Source: an uncultured Pseudomonadales bacterium
GTDB lineage: Bacteria; Patescibacteriota; Microgenomatia; UBA1400; UBA12108
Assembly: GCA_964502225.1 (NCBI GenBank)
Contig: CAZCUC010000004.1
Span: forward strand, 2,641 to 66,640
Direction: 5' to 3'
DNA length: 64,000 nucleotides
The position numbers and the translations under genes were made by a program. The notes beneath the pieces were generated by a model. It did not search any database, had not been told where the DNA came from, and was given only the letters and a program-made list of their open reading frames with translations. Below, one piece after another: positions 8,911-18,697 of this stretch; the stretch's first letter is position 1, and each line of letters starts with the position of its first letter.

Positions 8911-9461
8911 TACCAGTATCCGCGACCGTAGTGGAACGTTTCTGAATTGTTCATAATTAAATCGTATTTTTCTTGTGAACATAGCGGAATGAACATGGTG
9001 CCGGGCTCGCAGATGATTTCACCGCGCACATTTTCAAAGGAGATGTCGCGCTGGATTAGAGTAAAGCCGAGTTTTTGGTAGATAGGATAAATTTTCTTTT
9101 CGAGATCGACATTGAGACAAGCTACGTCACATTTTTCTTCGCGAAGTATTAGTAGGGCCCGTTTGAGCATACTACTGGCCACGCCGTGGTGGCGATGAGC
9201 TGTAGTCACGCATACCCCACCGATACCACCGACCATTATGTTTTGACCGGCAAATACCACTTCACGTTTAAAAAGTGCCACCCGGCTGATCATTTCTGTC
9301 CCGATCATGGCGAATAAATAGGCTAATGGCTCGGCGATAAAATTCTCAGCTATTTCTTGAGCTGGGACGTCACCAAAACACTCATGGTTGAGTGCCTCGA
9401 GCCCTGTTTGCTGGTCGGGCGTTAGCTCCCCTACTCTTACTAGTTCGATGGCAAAGTTCAT
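8910..9461 (-). CDS. GNAT-family N-acetyltransferase (AAC(2')/Eis-like)
   Basis: GGIGGVCV...HRHHGVAS acetyl-CoA motif A and YQKLGF; ATG 9461 lies 6 nt after TACAAT. Confidence 0.88.
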   Translation of the reverse strand: MNFAIELVRVGELTPDQQTGLEALNHECFGDVPAQEIAENFIAEPLAYLFAMIGTEMISRVALFKREVVFAGQNIMVGGIGGVCVTTAHRHHGVASSMLKRALLILREEKCDVACLNVDLEKKIYPIYQKLGFTLIQRDISFENVRGEIICEPGTMFIPLCSQEKYDLIMNNSETFHYGRGYW

Positions 9462-9487
9462 GAGGGTATTGTAGCAGTTGGTATCCG

Positions 9488-9511
9488 GTTCGATGGTTCG
9501 AACCATCGAAC
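9488..9511. repeat. Perfect palindrome GTTCGATGGTTCGAACCATCGAAC, copy 1
   Basis: 24-bp perfect inverted repeat; the same element occurs at 38205-38230. Confidence 0.85.
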
Positions 9512-9975
9512 TATTGGAGTTTGGAGCGGAGCTTGTCGGCGTATTCTTTACGCTTAGCTGGATCGGCGAGTTGTTTGTTCGACATATTCTCGTGCAAAGC
9601 ATCATTTTCATAGCGAGGAAAAATGTGGAGGTGGTAATGGAAGGCGTGCTGGCCGCCGGCGGGCTCGTTGTTTTGTAGGGTCGTGATGCCGTCACATCCA
9701 TATGCTTCTTTCATGGCGATGGCGACTTTTTTAGAAATGTTGAAAATGTGGATACCTAGATCACTGGGAAGATCATAGAGATTTTCGTAGTGATCGTTTG
9801 GGACCACTATCACGTGGCCGGGATTGTTTTTGATCCAAAAGGAATTGATAAAAGCGGTTACAAACTCGTCGATATAGACGATGTCGGTGAGACTCAAGAG
9901 AGTATCCTCACTCTCTACCCCGCTGACTCCTAGGCAGATGGGGCAAATGTAGTCGGCTGAGGCGTGGTTGTGCAT
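9511..9975 (-). CDS. HIT-family nucleotide hydrolase
   Basis: CPIC zinc motif, PGHVIVVP, HYHLHIFPR histidine triad. Confidence 0.94.
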   Translation of the reverse strand: MHNHASADYICPICLGVSGVESEDTLLSLTDIVYIDEFVTAFINSFWIKNNPGHVIVVPNDHYENLYDLPSDLGIHIFNISKKVAIAMKEAYGCDGITTLQNNEPAGGQHAFHYHLHIFPRYENDALHENMSNKQLADPAKRKEYADKLRSKLQ

Positions 9976-9999
9976 AGATTACTATTATATCGACCAATC

Positions 10000-10557
10000 C
10001 TACCTTAATAAGGGTTTTTCTATCAAGGCCGGAGTCGAAAAGTCTAATCGCCTAGCCTGATCTAAAAAGAGCTTAATAGTTGCTTCGAAGTCTACATATT
10101 CAGGTAGAGCGGCTTCTTGGAGAATTCCTTCCTCCAGCATGGCTACCATAGCTTCGCTACTGGAGATGCCCATTGGATTGGCTGTCATACCACTAAATCT
10201 TTTATATCCACCGGTGCTATGATCGTAATAGTACATTTTATCCTGACCTGTCGAAGATACTCCAGAAACTTCTAGACCATACCGTGGTTCATCGTTTTCT
10301 TCCCAACGCATCATTCCTCTCATTAATCCAACCCAGCTATCTCCAATTCGAACTACTAATGCTGCATTCAACTGACCAGACTTAACTCCTTCTCCCCACT
10401 CCCACTTGTAGAACACCCATTTTCTACTACCGTCTGAACTAAATACTTCTCGTTCATTTGATTCCTCTCTGCTGGCTAATCTGTCTATCGCTCGTCTTAG
10501 TCCTTTGAAAAGAGATACACCTTTTCTTTTCGGACCGTTGAACCCTTCGATACTCAT
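10000..10557 (-). CDS. Hypothetical protein
   Basis: 185-aa ORF with its own TACAAT-N6-ATG start; no motif recognised. Confidence 0.7.
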   Translation of the reverse strand: MSIEGFNGPKRKGVSLFKGLRRAIDRLASREESNEREVFSSDGSRKWVFYKWEWGEGVKSGQLNAALVVRIGDSWVGLMRGMMRWEENDEPRYGLEVSGVSSTGQDKMYYYDHSTGGYKRFSGMTANPMGISSSEAMVAMLEEGILQEAALPEYVDFEATIKLFLDQARRLDFSTPALIEKPLLR

Positions 10558-10593
10558 CTAGTTATTGTAATCTATAGGTCAAATCATTTCGTA

Positions 10594-10635
10594 TTAGATG
10601 GGACAAATGTAGTCGGAATCAACGTGGTTGTGCAT
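10594..10635 (-). pseudogene. 13-codon remnant of the HIT gene 5' end (MHNHVDSDYICPI*)
   Basis: Diverged direct repeat of 9936-9975 at an offset of 660 bp. Confidence 0.75.
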
Positions 10636-11380
10636 TTTGTTGTAATTTTTTCTTATTTAAAACTAGCAAATATGCTTTTTCTAAGTTATCAATTAATGAT
10701 TGTTTCGTTGTATCTCCGATTTCTAAATAGACATGGATAGCAATAATTATAAGCAAACTTGATAAAGTATACTGGCTTAAGAGAAAAGTTTTTACTACTA
10801 AAATAACTAACGCAACAATTAATCCTTTTAATAAATTAAACCTCTTATTATATTTCGTACTTAGAGTCCCATCATTTTCTTTACACATTTGCTTACTAAG
10901 TCTAAATAATTCATAAGAATTCCCGCTGATTGAGAAATATTCATTTAGTTTTTTTACTAGTGTGTTTTTATATTCTTCGCTGATCAAATGACTTTCTTGG
11001 TCAAGAGGACTCGGTAAACTGAAATAAAGACGAATCGACTTAATCTTCTTATTTGCCCAGCTCCATTTTTTAGTTATAAAGAGTAAAAGTAGTAGAGATC
11101 TATCTGTTGTTCCTATTACCGCACTAAACACCAGATCATTGACTATTCCAATCAAAAGTAAAATTAGCATTGATATAGATAACTGTATTAATCCAACGTT
11201 ATAGTCTAATAAGATAGATAAAATCCACATCCATTCACTCAGGTTATTTCCGATGAAAAAATATGCAAGAGCAAGAAGAGAAAATGCGCCAGAAATAATA
11301 AGTGATGACCATGTAACTATTTCTGTTGTTACCAGGTTGTTTAAATTTATATCTTTTAGTATTTCTTTTGCGTTAAGCAT
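10619..11380 (-). CDS. AT-rich multi-pass membrane hypothetical protein
   Basis: 253 aa with about 4 TM segments; visibly much more AT-rich than its flanks. Confidence 0.7.
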   Translation of the reverse strand: MLNAKEILKDINLNNLVTTEIVTWSSLIISGAFSLLALAYFFIGNNLSEWMWILSILLDYNVGLIQLSISMLILLLIGIVNDLVFSAVIGTTDRSLLLLLFITKKWSWANKKIKSIRLYFSLPSPLDQESHLISEEYKNTLVKKLNEYFSISGNSYELFRLSKQMCKENDGTLSTKYNKRFNLLKGLIVALVILVVKTFLLSQYTLSSLLIIIAIHVYLEIGDTTKQSLIDNLEKAYLLVLNKKKLQQNAQPR

Positions 11381-11395
11381 AATTATTATTATACT

Positions 11396-11422
11396 AAAAG
11401 CCCCGGGGTGACCGGGGCTTTT
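11396..11422. terminator. Intrinsic terminator after dnaK
   Basis: AAAAGCCCCGG-GGTGA-CCGGGGCTTTT. Confidence 0.88.
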
Positions 11423-11437
11423 AAGTTTTAAATAAAC

Positions 11438-13393
11438 TTATTTCTTTTTCTTTTTGGGTCCGTCGTCGACGACCTCGCCTTCCTCGGCTTTTTCGGAAGA
11501 GTCGGTGGGTCCTTCGGCAGGCTCAGATGGTTCGGGCTGCGGTCCTTCGGTAGACTCAGGACCTTTCTGGCTATCGCCAGATGCGGCTTTGTAGAGACGC
11601 TCGCCGTATTTGGAGAGCGACTCGGAAGCTTTCTTGTAGACCTCATCGATCGACTCGGCCGTCGCATCGGATTTGTCCTTCTCTTCTTTGAGAGCCTTGA
11701 TAGCTTCCTCGATCTCCTTCTTCTCGTCTTCGGTGATTTTGTCACCGGCATCTTTGACGGATTTTTCGGCGGTGAAGATCAAGGTTTCGGCTTCGTTCTT
11801 TTTGTCGACGAGCTCTTTCTTTTTCTTGTCTTCGTCGGCGTATTTCTCGGCCTCTTGCTTCATGCGCTCAACCTCTTCGTCGGTCAAGTTGGTGGCGTTC
11901 TGGATGCTAATCTTCTGTTCCTTGCCCGTGCCTTTGTCCTTGGCGCTCACGTGCAAGATGCCAGAAGCATCGATGTCAAAGGTGACTTCGATTTGTGGGA
12001 CGCCGCGGGGAGCGGGAGCGATGCCGTCCAGGATAAAGCGGCCGAGCGTTTTGTTGTCGGCAGCCATGGGGCGCTCACCCTGCAAAATATTGATCTCGAC
12101 CTGGGGCTGGTTGTCAGCGGCAGTACTAAAGACCTGTGATTTGCTGGTTGGCACCGTGGTGTTGCGATCGATCAAAGGAGTGCGGACTGCACCCATAGTC
12201 TCGATACCGAGAGTGAGCGGGGTCACGTCGAGCAAGAGCACGTCGTGGACTTCGCCACCTAAGATACCAGCCTGAATGGCGGCACCTACGGCAACGACTT
12301 CGTCGGGATTGACGCCTTTGTGGGGCTCTTTGCCAAAGAAGTCGGCCACGGCTTTTTGTACGGCTGGCATGCGAGTTTGGCCACCTACGAGGACTATTTC
12401 GTCGATCTCACTGGCTTTGACTTTGGCGTCGGCCAAACATTTTTTGACTGGTTCCATGGAGCGCTTGATCAGGTCAGCCGTGAGCTCTTCGAGCTTGGCG
12501 CGCGTGATCTTCATGGTCAAGTGGAGAGGACCGTTTGGACCCTGAGTAATGAAGGGCTGGTTGATCTCGGCTTCCATAGAAGTAGAGAGCTCGATTTTGG
12601 CTTTTTCGGCACTGTCGCGCACGCGCTGGAGAGCTTGTTTGTCGGATGACAAATCGACGCTGTTCTCTTTTTTGAACTCAGAGACGATGTGCTCGATGAG
12701 CTTGCTATCAAAATCATCACCACCGAGGAAGGTGTCGCCATTGGTCGCTTTGACTTCAAAAACTCCGTCGCCAATCTCGAGGACTGAGATATCGAAAGTT
12801 CCACCACCGAGGTCATAGACGGCGATCTTGCCGGATTTCTTTTTGTCCAGGCCGTAGGCGAGAGCGGCGGCTGTTGGCTCGTTGACGATGCGTTTGACGT
12901 CTAGTCCAGCAATTTTGCCGGCTTGCATGGTGGCCTGGCGCTGAGAGTCGTCGAAGTAGGCGGGAACAGTGATGACCGCGGAGTCTACTTTGGTACCCAA
13001 ATAGGCTTCGGCATCGGCCTTGGCTTTTTGCAGAATCTTGGCGGAGATTTCTTGTGGGCTATAGACTTTGCCATCGACCTTGACACTCGCCATGTCGTCT
13101 TTGCCGCCGACGATTTCGTAGGCGACTTTTTTCATGGTGTCTTTGACCATAGCGTCGCCCATTTTGCGACCCATGAGACGTTTCACACTGTAGATAGTAT
13201 TTTTGCTATTGAGAATCATTTGGTTTTTGGCCACGGCTCCGACCAAGTTTTTGACTGGCTCGACGATAGAGGGGAAAGTGTTACTACCCTCGTGGGTAGG
13301 GATCACTTTGGCTTTACCGCCTTCCATAACGGCGATACAACTATTGGTGGTACCGAGGTCGATACCGATGGTTTTACTGTTTGTGGTTGACAT
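11438..13393 (-). CDS. dnaK: Chaperone DnaK
   Basis: [38 protein letters not shown]. Confidence 0.99.
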   Translation of the reverse strand: MSTTNSKTIGIDLGTTNSCIAVMEGGKAKVIPTHEGSNTFPSIVEPVKNLVGAVAKNQMILNSKNTIYSVKRLMGRKMGDAMVKDTMKKVAYEIVGGKDDMASVKVDGKVYSPQEISAKILQKAKADAEAYLGTKVDSAVITVPAYFDDSQRQATMQAGKIAGLDVKRIVNEPTAAALAYGLDKKKSGKIAVYDLGGGTFDISVLEIGDGVFEVKATNGDTFLGGDDFDSKLIEHIVSEFKKENSVDLSSDKQALQRVRDSAEKAKIELSTSMEAEINQPFITQGPNGPLHLTMKITRAKLEELTADLIKRSMEPVKKCLADAKVKASEIDEIVLVGGQTRMPAVQKAVADFFGKEPHKGVNPDEVVAVGAAIQAGILGGEVHDVLLLDVTPLTLGIETMGAVRTPLIDRNTTVPTSKSQVFSTAADNQPQVEINILQGERPMAADNKTLGRFILDGIAPAPRGVPQIEVTFDIDASGILHVSAKDKGTGKEQKISIQNATNLTDEEVERMKQEAEKYADEDKKKKELVDKKNEAETLIFTAEKSVKDAGDKITEDEKKEIEEAIKALKEEKDKSDATAESIDEVYKKASESLSKYGERLYKAASGDSQKGPESTEGPQPEPSEPAEGPTDSSEKAEEGEVVDDGPKKKKK

Positions 13394-13419
13394 ATTTTGT
13401 CTCCTTGTAAAATAAATAT

Positions 13420-13911
13420 TTAATTTGATGCGGGAGGATGATCATCCGCCCCTACGGGATCGCCATTACCAACAACAACTCGAGCGGTGCGCAACACTCG
13501 GTCGTGCAGGCGGTAGCCGGGACGGATAACTTTGACGACTTTGTCTTTCTCTCCCTCGCCCATTTCCTGACATTCCATAGAGGCAGGATCGTAGAGACCA
13601 TCAGTTTTGACTTGGGTTACCCCCTCTTCAACCAAGAGTTTGTCAAAGGAGCCCAGAATCATGGTAAGGCTTTGGTCTTTGAGCTGAGTGCTCGCCATAG
13701 CGAGGTGATCGCGGATGTCTAGGAGTTTGGTGAGGAGATCCGCTTTGGCAAATTTGACGACAGCAGAGCTCTGGTCGGCAAAGCGACGCTCGAGGTTGGC
13801 GTAGTCGGCGAGGGCACGGGCGAGACTAGATTCTAGGAGAGAGATGCGAGATTCTAGAGGGGAGGATTGAGGAGCTAGGGTTGGGTCAGTTTTGGGTTGA
13901 TTCTTTTTCAT
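13420..13911 (-). CDS. grpE: Nucleotide exchange factor GrpE
   Basis: [19 protein letters not shown]; lies between hrcA and dnaK. Confidence 0.93.
   Translation of the reverse strand: MKKNQPKTDPTLAPQSSPLESRISLLESSLARALADYANLERRFADQSSAVVKFAKADLLTKLLDIRDHLAMASTQLKDQSLTMILGSFDKLLVEEGVTQVKTDGLYDPASMECQEMGEGEKDKVVKVIRPGYRLHDRVLRTARVVVGNGDPVGADDHPPASN
13432..13455 (-). repeat. GTAG-type REP-like palindrome in the grpE 3' end
   Basis: GTAGGGGCGGATGATCATCCTCCC, encoding VGADDHPP. Confidence 0.7.
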
Positions 13912-13914
13912 AAT

Positions 13915-14646
13915 TTAGTTCCAGCTAGCGGATATTTCGTCGATAAGACTAGACATGTGGCGGAGCATGGGCATGACGTAGGGATAGTTGAGACGAGCAG
14001 GACCGATCACGCCAATATGACCGGTTTGGCCGCCGGCGGAGTAGTCTAGGTAGGCCATGGCGCAAGGATAGAGGTACTCGTTGCCGAACTCGTCGCCGAG
14101 TACGATATGAAAAGGCTGGACGTCTTCGATACGGGCAAAAATACCCTCGAGCTGTTTGTAGGATTCGACCATTTGTAGGACTTGGCGGGTGACATCGATG
14201 TCAAAAAACTCGGGGAGCGATAAAAGATTGGAGTAACCGGCGGAGTAAACACTGCCGTCGCTAGAAGTGGCAAAGGCGATATTGCCGGTTTTTTCGGAGA
14301 GAACCCGAGTGGCTTCACGCAAAAGCTGATCTAGTTCGGAGCGGTGATCCCAGATACGCTCCTTGACGGCCACCTCTTCGGTGACAGAGAGATCTTCTTC
14401 GTGCATGAGCTCGGAGACATAGAGCTTGAGGGCGATTGGGGTGGGGATGCGGCCGGCGCTGGTGTGTGGCTGTTTAAGATACCCTAAATCTTCGAGCCGG
14501 ACCATCTCGTTGCGGATGGTAGCGGGGCTTACTCCCAGGTTAAATTTCTTGTCCAGGGTATCGGAGCCGATTGGCTCACCGGTTGAGGTATACTCCTCGA
14601 CGACGGCCTTGATGATTTGGATTTGGCGCGGGCTTAAAGGTTTCAT
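13915..14646 (-). CDS. hrcA: Heat-inducible transcription repressor HrcA
   Basis: SPATIRNEM, QPHTSAGRIPT, GVIGPARLNY; start at ATG 14646. Confidence 0.95.
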   Translation of the reverse strand: MKPLSPRQIQIIKAVVEEYTSTGEPIGSDTLDKKFNLGVSPATIRNEMVRLEDLGYLKQPHTSAGRIPTPIALKLYVSELMHEEDLSVTEEVAVKERIWDHRSELDQLLREATRVLSEKTGNIAFATSSDGSVYSAGYSNLLSLPEFFDIDVTRQVLQMVESYKQLEGIFARIEDVQPFHIVLGDEFGNEYLYPCAMAYLDYSAGGQTGHIGVIGPARLNYPYVMPMLRHMSSLIDEISASWN

Positions 14647-14648
14647 AG

Positions 14649-14675
14649 TTAGCACTATGATAACGAGAGTGCTAG
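14649..14675. promoter_or_regulatory. CIRCE element overlapping the hrcA promoter
   Basis: TTAGCACTA-N9-GAGTGCTAG; a minus-strand TTGACA...TATCAT promoter overlaps it. Confidence 0.9.
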
Positions 14676-14695
14676 CTAGTGTCAAGTACCCCAAA

Positions 14696-16567
14696 TTAGA
14701 TCTTGAGGATTTCGGTGAAGGCTTCCTGGGGGACGGAGACGGAGCCAAGTTGTTTCATTTTCTTTTTCCCCTTCTTTTGCTTGTCGAGGAGTTTGCGGTT
14801 GCGAGTCATGTCGCCACCGTGGAGCTTGGCGGTTACGTCTTTGCGGAAGGCTTTAACCGTCGATCTAGCGATAATCTTGCCGCCGATGGCGGCCTGGATA
14901 GCTACTTCGATTAGAGACCTGGGGATGACCTCGGCTAGCTTGTCTACGAGCACGCGCGCACGCGATTCGGCGGAGTGGCGAGGTGAGACAAAAGACAAGG
15001 CCTCGGCAGGCTCACCGTTTAACAAAATATCTACTTTGGCGGCATCAACCTCGGAGTATCCTGCGTGGTCGTATTGTACGGAAGCATACCCTGAGGAGAC
15101 GGATTTGAGCCGGTCATAGAAATTGGTGATTAGCTCGGATAGTGGCATGAGATAGTTGAGGCGGACCCGGCCGGCCACGTACTGCATATCGACAAACTCG
15201 GCCCTTTTCCCCTGGGTGAGCTCCATAATCCCACCCACATATTGTTCTGGGGTATAGATGGTTAAAGTAACCATAGGTTCCTCGATATTCTGGATCTGGT
15301 CGGGACTGGGCCAGTCGGCGGGAGAGGAAATCTCTACGAAATCTTCGGGCGAAGACAGGGCTTCGCCCCTACGCATATGCATACGGTATGGGACAGAGGG
15401 CGCGGTATTAACCACAGACACCTCAAACTCGCGACTCAAACGCTCGGTGACAATCTCTGCGTGCAAAATACCCAGGAATCCGACGCGAAAACCGTGGCCG
15501 AGGGCGGGACTAGAGGCGGCGTGGTAGGTGAGAGAAGCGTCGTTTAAGGCCAGCTTGCCCAGGGCATCCACCAAGTTGCGATAATCTCCAGCATCGATTG
15601 GGTAGAGGTCCATAAAGACCATGGCTTGGGGTCGCTGATATCCCTCAACTGCAGTGACATCGGAACCCACGGTTGTGAGAGTATCGCCGATCGTGACGGC
15701 ACGGATATCTTTGTGACCGGTCGCGATATAGCCCACCTCCCCTACTTCGACATGATCAGAGGCACGCATGTCGGGAGAGAAGAAACCGATTTCTAGAGGA
15801 GAGAGCTTTTCTTTGGTAGCCAAAAGCATGAGGTTGTCCCGATTCTTCTTGTTGATCTCACCGGAAATGACTTTGACAAAAGCAATCACACCTTTGTGGG
15901 TGTCAAAAGTAGAGTTGAAGACGAGGGCTCGAAGAGGTTCAAAGTTCCGATCACTCGCCGAGGTATCTGCAAGGATCGGAACTGAGGGAGCGGGGACACG
16001 GGCGACGATGGCATCGAGGAGCTCGGTCACGCCGATGCCGGATTTGGCGGAGCCAAACAAAATATCTTCGGTTTTAAACCCAAGCGTTTCAACTAGCTCA
16101 GTCGCCACTCGCTCGGGCTCGGCGGCGGCCATATCGATTTTGTTGATGAAAGGAATAACAGTGAGCCCAGCTTCTTTGGCTTTGTCAAAATTGGCAATGG
16201 TCTGCGCCTGGATACCCTTGGTAGCGTCCACCACGAGGACCGCACCTTCGCAGGCGTGGAGGGCACGACTCACTTCGTAGCTAAAGTCGACGTGTCCGGG
16301 AGTGTCAATCAAGTTCAGAATAAATTCTGAACTTGATTGAGAAGATAGGAGAGAGATGTTAGATGCTAGGGGGGTGTAGAGCATGCGGACAGGGGCGAGC
16401 TTGATGGTGATCCCACGCTCGACCTCGATGGGGTTGCTATCCATGAGGCGGACCGTGCCACCCTTGGCGACTGTGCCGGTAGCCTCTAATAGACGGTCGG
16501 TCAAAGTAGTTTTGCCGTGGTCGATGTGGGCGATAATGCTAAAATTTCTAATTTGTTGAATACTCAT
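14696..16567 (-). CDS. lepA: Elongation factor 4 (LepA)
   Basis: NFSIIAHIDHGK, NLIDTPGHVDF, GFRVGFLGILH, RKDVTAK...KQKKGKKKMK; carries three short insertions. Confidence 0.98.
   Translation of the reverse strand: MSIQQIRNFSIIAHIDHGKTTLTDRLLEATGTVAKGGTVRLMDSNPIEVERGITIKLAPVRMLYTPLASNISLLSSQSSSEFILNLIDTPGHVDFSYEVSRALHACEGAVLVVDATKGIQAQTIANFDKAKEAGLTVIPFINKIDMAAAEPERVATELVETLGFKTEDILFGSAKSGIGVTELLDAIVARVPAPSVPILADTSASDRNFEPLRALVFNSTFDTHKGVIAFVKVISGEINKKNRDNLMLLATKEKLSPLEIGFFSPDMRASDHVEVGEVGYIATGHKDIRAVTIGDTLTTVGSDVTAVEGYQRPQAMVFMDLYPIDAGDYRNLVDALGKLALNDASLTYHAASSPALGHGFRVGFLGILHAEIVTERLSREFEVSVVNTAPSVPYRMHMRRGEALSSPEDFVEISSPADWPSPDQIQNIEEPMVTLTIYTPEQYVGGIMELTQGKRAEFVDMQYVAGRVRLNYLMPLSELITNFYDRLKSVSSGYASVQYDHAGYSEVDAAKVDILLNGEPAEALSFVSPRHSAESRARVLVDKLAEVIPRSLIEVAIQAAIGGKIIARSTVKAFRKDVTAKLHGGDMTRNRKLLDKQKKGKKKMKQLGSVSVPQEAFTEILKI
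15347..15372 (-). repeat. GTAG-type REP-like palindrome inside lepA
   Basis: GTAGGGGCGAAGCCCTGTCTTCGCCC, encoding RGEALSSP. Confidence 0.72.
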
Positions 16568-16574
16568 ATATCCT

Positions 16575-16664
16575 GTAGGGTCTGACCCGGTCTCCTTATT
16601 TGTAATATGAGTCGACTAAACATCTTGGCGTTCCGCCAGGATTTCCTTAGCAGGTCAGACCCTG
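16575..16664. repeat. GTAG-started long-spaced inverted repeat between murJ and lepA
   Basis: GTAGGGTCTGACC at 16575-16587 pairs with GGTCAGACCCTG at 16653-16664. Confidence 0.6.
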
Positions 16665-16679
16665 TGATTATACCAGAGG

Positions 16680-18332
16680 TTAGACGGTAGGTTCGGAGGT
16701 TTCGAGGGTTTCGTCGGACTCGGAGAGGGCTTTGTGCCAGCCGCCGATCTTTTCGGCTAGGCGCACAAAAATGCCGAGCTCTTTGATGTTGAAGAGGTAT
16801 GACAAGGCAATATAGACACCCATACCAATCAATCCAACAGTTACAGTCAGGAGAATGAGAGGAATCGTGCGAGTGGTGTCGAAGATCAAGTTGTCAAAGA
16901 CACGCAGTGGTACCCAAAGCGCTAGTGAAGTGATCAAAGTAATCCCGAGCATTTTGATAGTGGGGTACAAGAGATGGGTGCCGGCAAAGTTGGCCAGACT
17001 ATAGAGCAAACTGGTTAAAACGACTGTCTCGATGAGGGAAGCGACAGTAATAGCAAAAGCCATGCCGATGACGCCGGATTTTAAGACAAACAAGAAATAG
17101 TAGCTGAGTCCAATGTTGATGGTGGTCGAGAGTAAGTTGGTGATAAAGGGAGTACTTGTGTTGTGCAGGGAGTAAAAAACTCGAACCAAGATGTGAGTCA
17201 GCGACCTGGCGGCAATCGAGACAGCCAAAATCGCAACTAGTTTGCCGGTTAAAACTGTTTCTGCCCAAGGGAACGAATCGGCTCCGTAGGCCAAGCGGAC
17301 AAGGGGGATGCGCAGAATTAGCACAATTACACTAGAGGGAAGGGCTAGATAGAGCATCTCAAGAATCGTGTTGTTGACCATGGTAGCCAGAGAGTGGAGA
17401 TCGTTTTTGGAGGTTTCTTTGGTAAAGAACGGGAGTGAAGCCTGGCCAATGGGGATGCCGATCAAGCGAACGGGCAAGTTGGCGAGTTGCTGGGCGATCG
17501 AGATAATTGTTACTGTTCCCACAGAGAGCCAACTAGAAAAAGTAACAATGGCCGTTGCCTCGATCTGGACGAGCGAGAGAGTCAAAACACGAGGGAGCAT
17601 GAGCAGACTCATTTCTTTGACTGCGCCGTGACTCTTGTCCCAGACGAATCGATACTTAAAACCAAGTTTGCGAGCGAGAGGGAGCTGGGCTAAGAGGTGG
17701 AGACAAGCTCCAATCACAACACCAACTGCGGCGCCATAAATACCGAGAGTTTTGCCAAAAGCCAAGATGCCGATAATAATCCCGACGTTGTAGAGGACTG
17801 GAGAGAGAGCTGGAATCAAGAACCGTTTATGAGTTTGGATCACGCCAGTTAAAAACGATGAAAAACCAAAGAAAAGCTGGGCAAAGGCCATAATCCGCGT
17901 GAGGCCAACCATGAGTCTCAGCTGATCCTGCGAAAATCCACCAGCAATCAAACGACTCAAGGGATAGGCAAAAATAATAACCAGGATGGTCAAGCTAATC
18001 ATCACAATCATGACGGAGTTGATCATGGAGGAGGCAATGAGATTGCTTTCGTCTTTTTTGCCGAGGTAGCGACTAAAGACTGGAATAAAAGCAGAGGATA
18101 AAGCGCCAACAATAATGATTTGAAAAATCATGTCTGGAATCCGAAAAGCGGCCCAGAATACATCTACCACAGCTTTGTCGGCGTAAAAATACTGAATAAG
18201 TAACCTGGTGCGAACTAGTCCCAAAAGGGCCGAAACCAGTGTGGCTCCCATGATAATAGTGGCGGCAGAGAGGATAGAGGAACTTTCTTTTTCAAAGAGA
18301 TTTTTGCCGTTTTGGACTAAGCGTTTGAACAT
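16680..18332 (-). CDS. murJ: Lipid II flippase MurJ (MviN)
   Basis: AAFRIPD, GALSSAFIPVF, many TM helices; ATG 18332. Confidence 0.93.
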   Translation of the reverse strand: MFKRLVQNGKNLFEKESSSILSAATIIMGATLVSALLGLVRTRLLIQYFYADKAVVDVFWAAFRIPDMIFQIIIVGALSSAFIPVFSRYLGKKDESNLIASSMINSVMIVMISLTILVIIFAYPLSRLIAGGFSQDQLRLMVGLTRIMAFAQLFFGFSSFLTGVIQTHKRFLIPALSPVLYNVGIIIGILAFGKTLGIYGAAVGVVIGACLHLLAQLPLARKLGFKYRFVWDKSHGAVKEMSLLMLPRVLTLSLVQIEATAIVTFSSWLSVGTVTIISIAQQLANLPVRLIGIPIGQASLPFFTKETSKNDLHSLATMVNNTILEMLYLALPSSVIVLILRIPLVRLAYGADSFPWAETVLTGKLVAILAVSIAARSLTHILVRVFYSLHNTSTPFITNLLSTTINIGLSYYFLFVLKSGVIGMAFAITVASLIETVVLTSLLYSLANFAGTHLLYPTIKMLGITLITSLALWVPLRVFDNLIFDTTRTIPLILLTVTVGLIGMGVYIALSYLFNIKELGIFVRLAEKIGGWHKALSESDETLETSEPTV

Positions 18333-18422
18333 AGATGTTAGTTTACCCCACTTCGCCAAGGCTACGCTAGGGGCAAGAAGTCGTTGCGCAGGAACGCGAG
18401 ACCTGGTATACTCCACAGCATT

Positions 18423-18659
18423 ATGCCAATAACAAAGTCAGCAATCAAAAAAGCCCGCGTAGATAAAAAGCGCACCCTGGGAAACATGAGTGCCAAAGGT
18501 CGTTTGAAAACTACAATCAAAGAAGCAAGAGCTAACCCAGGAGTCGAGACTCTAAAGGCCCTATATTCTGCGATGGATAGAGCAGTGAAACACCATTTGG
18601 TGGCCAAGGGTCATGCCGCTCGTCTCAAGTCACGTATCTCCAAATTGGGCAAGAAATAA
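18423..18659 (+). CDS. rpsT: 30S ribosomal protein S20
   Basis: MPITKSAIKKAR...DRAVK...AARLKSR. Confidence 0.95.
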   Translation: MPITKSAIKKARVDKKRTLGNMSAKGRLKTTIKEARANPGVETLKALYSAMDRAVKHHLVAKGHAARLKSRISKLGKK

Positions 18660-18697
18660 ACCAAGCAAAATTCTCATAAATTAGCTATACTGGAGGC

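Noticed and set aside
8910-9701. 263-aa GNAT as given in the ORF track
   Set aside because: The N-terminal 80 aa overlap the HIT gene in another frame; ATG 9461 with a -10 box is the better start. Similar over-extensions were trimmed for nusA, upp, hrcA, murJ, rpsT, LCP, rmuC, the pentapeptide gene, wecA and the PEGA gene.
6652-11380. Prophage, integron or IS-bounded island
   Set aside because: No integrase, transposase, attC-like sites or phage genes; only the HIT 5' duplication supports insertion.
11673-13415. Long antisense ORFs over dnaK (likewise over groEL, lepA, infB, tdh and the pentapeptide gene)
   Set aside because: Shadow frames of conserved genes, with no motifs or start signals.
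16575-16664. tRNA or riboswitch upstream of lepA
   Set aside because: No cloverleaf, CCA or aptamer consensus recognised; better explained as a REP-like inverted pair.
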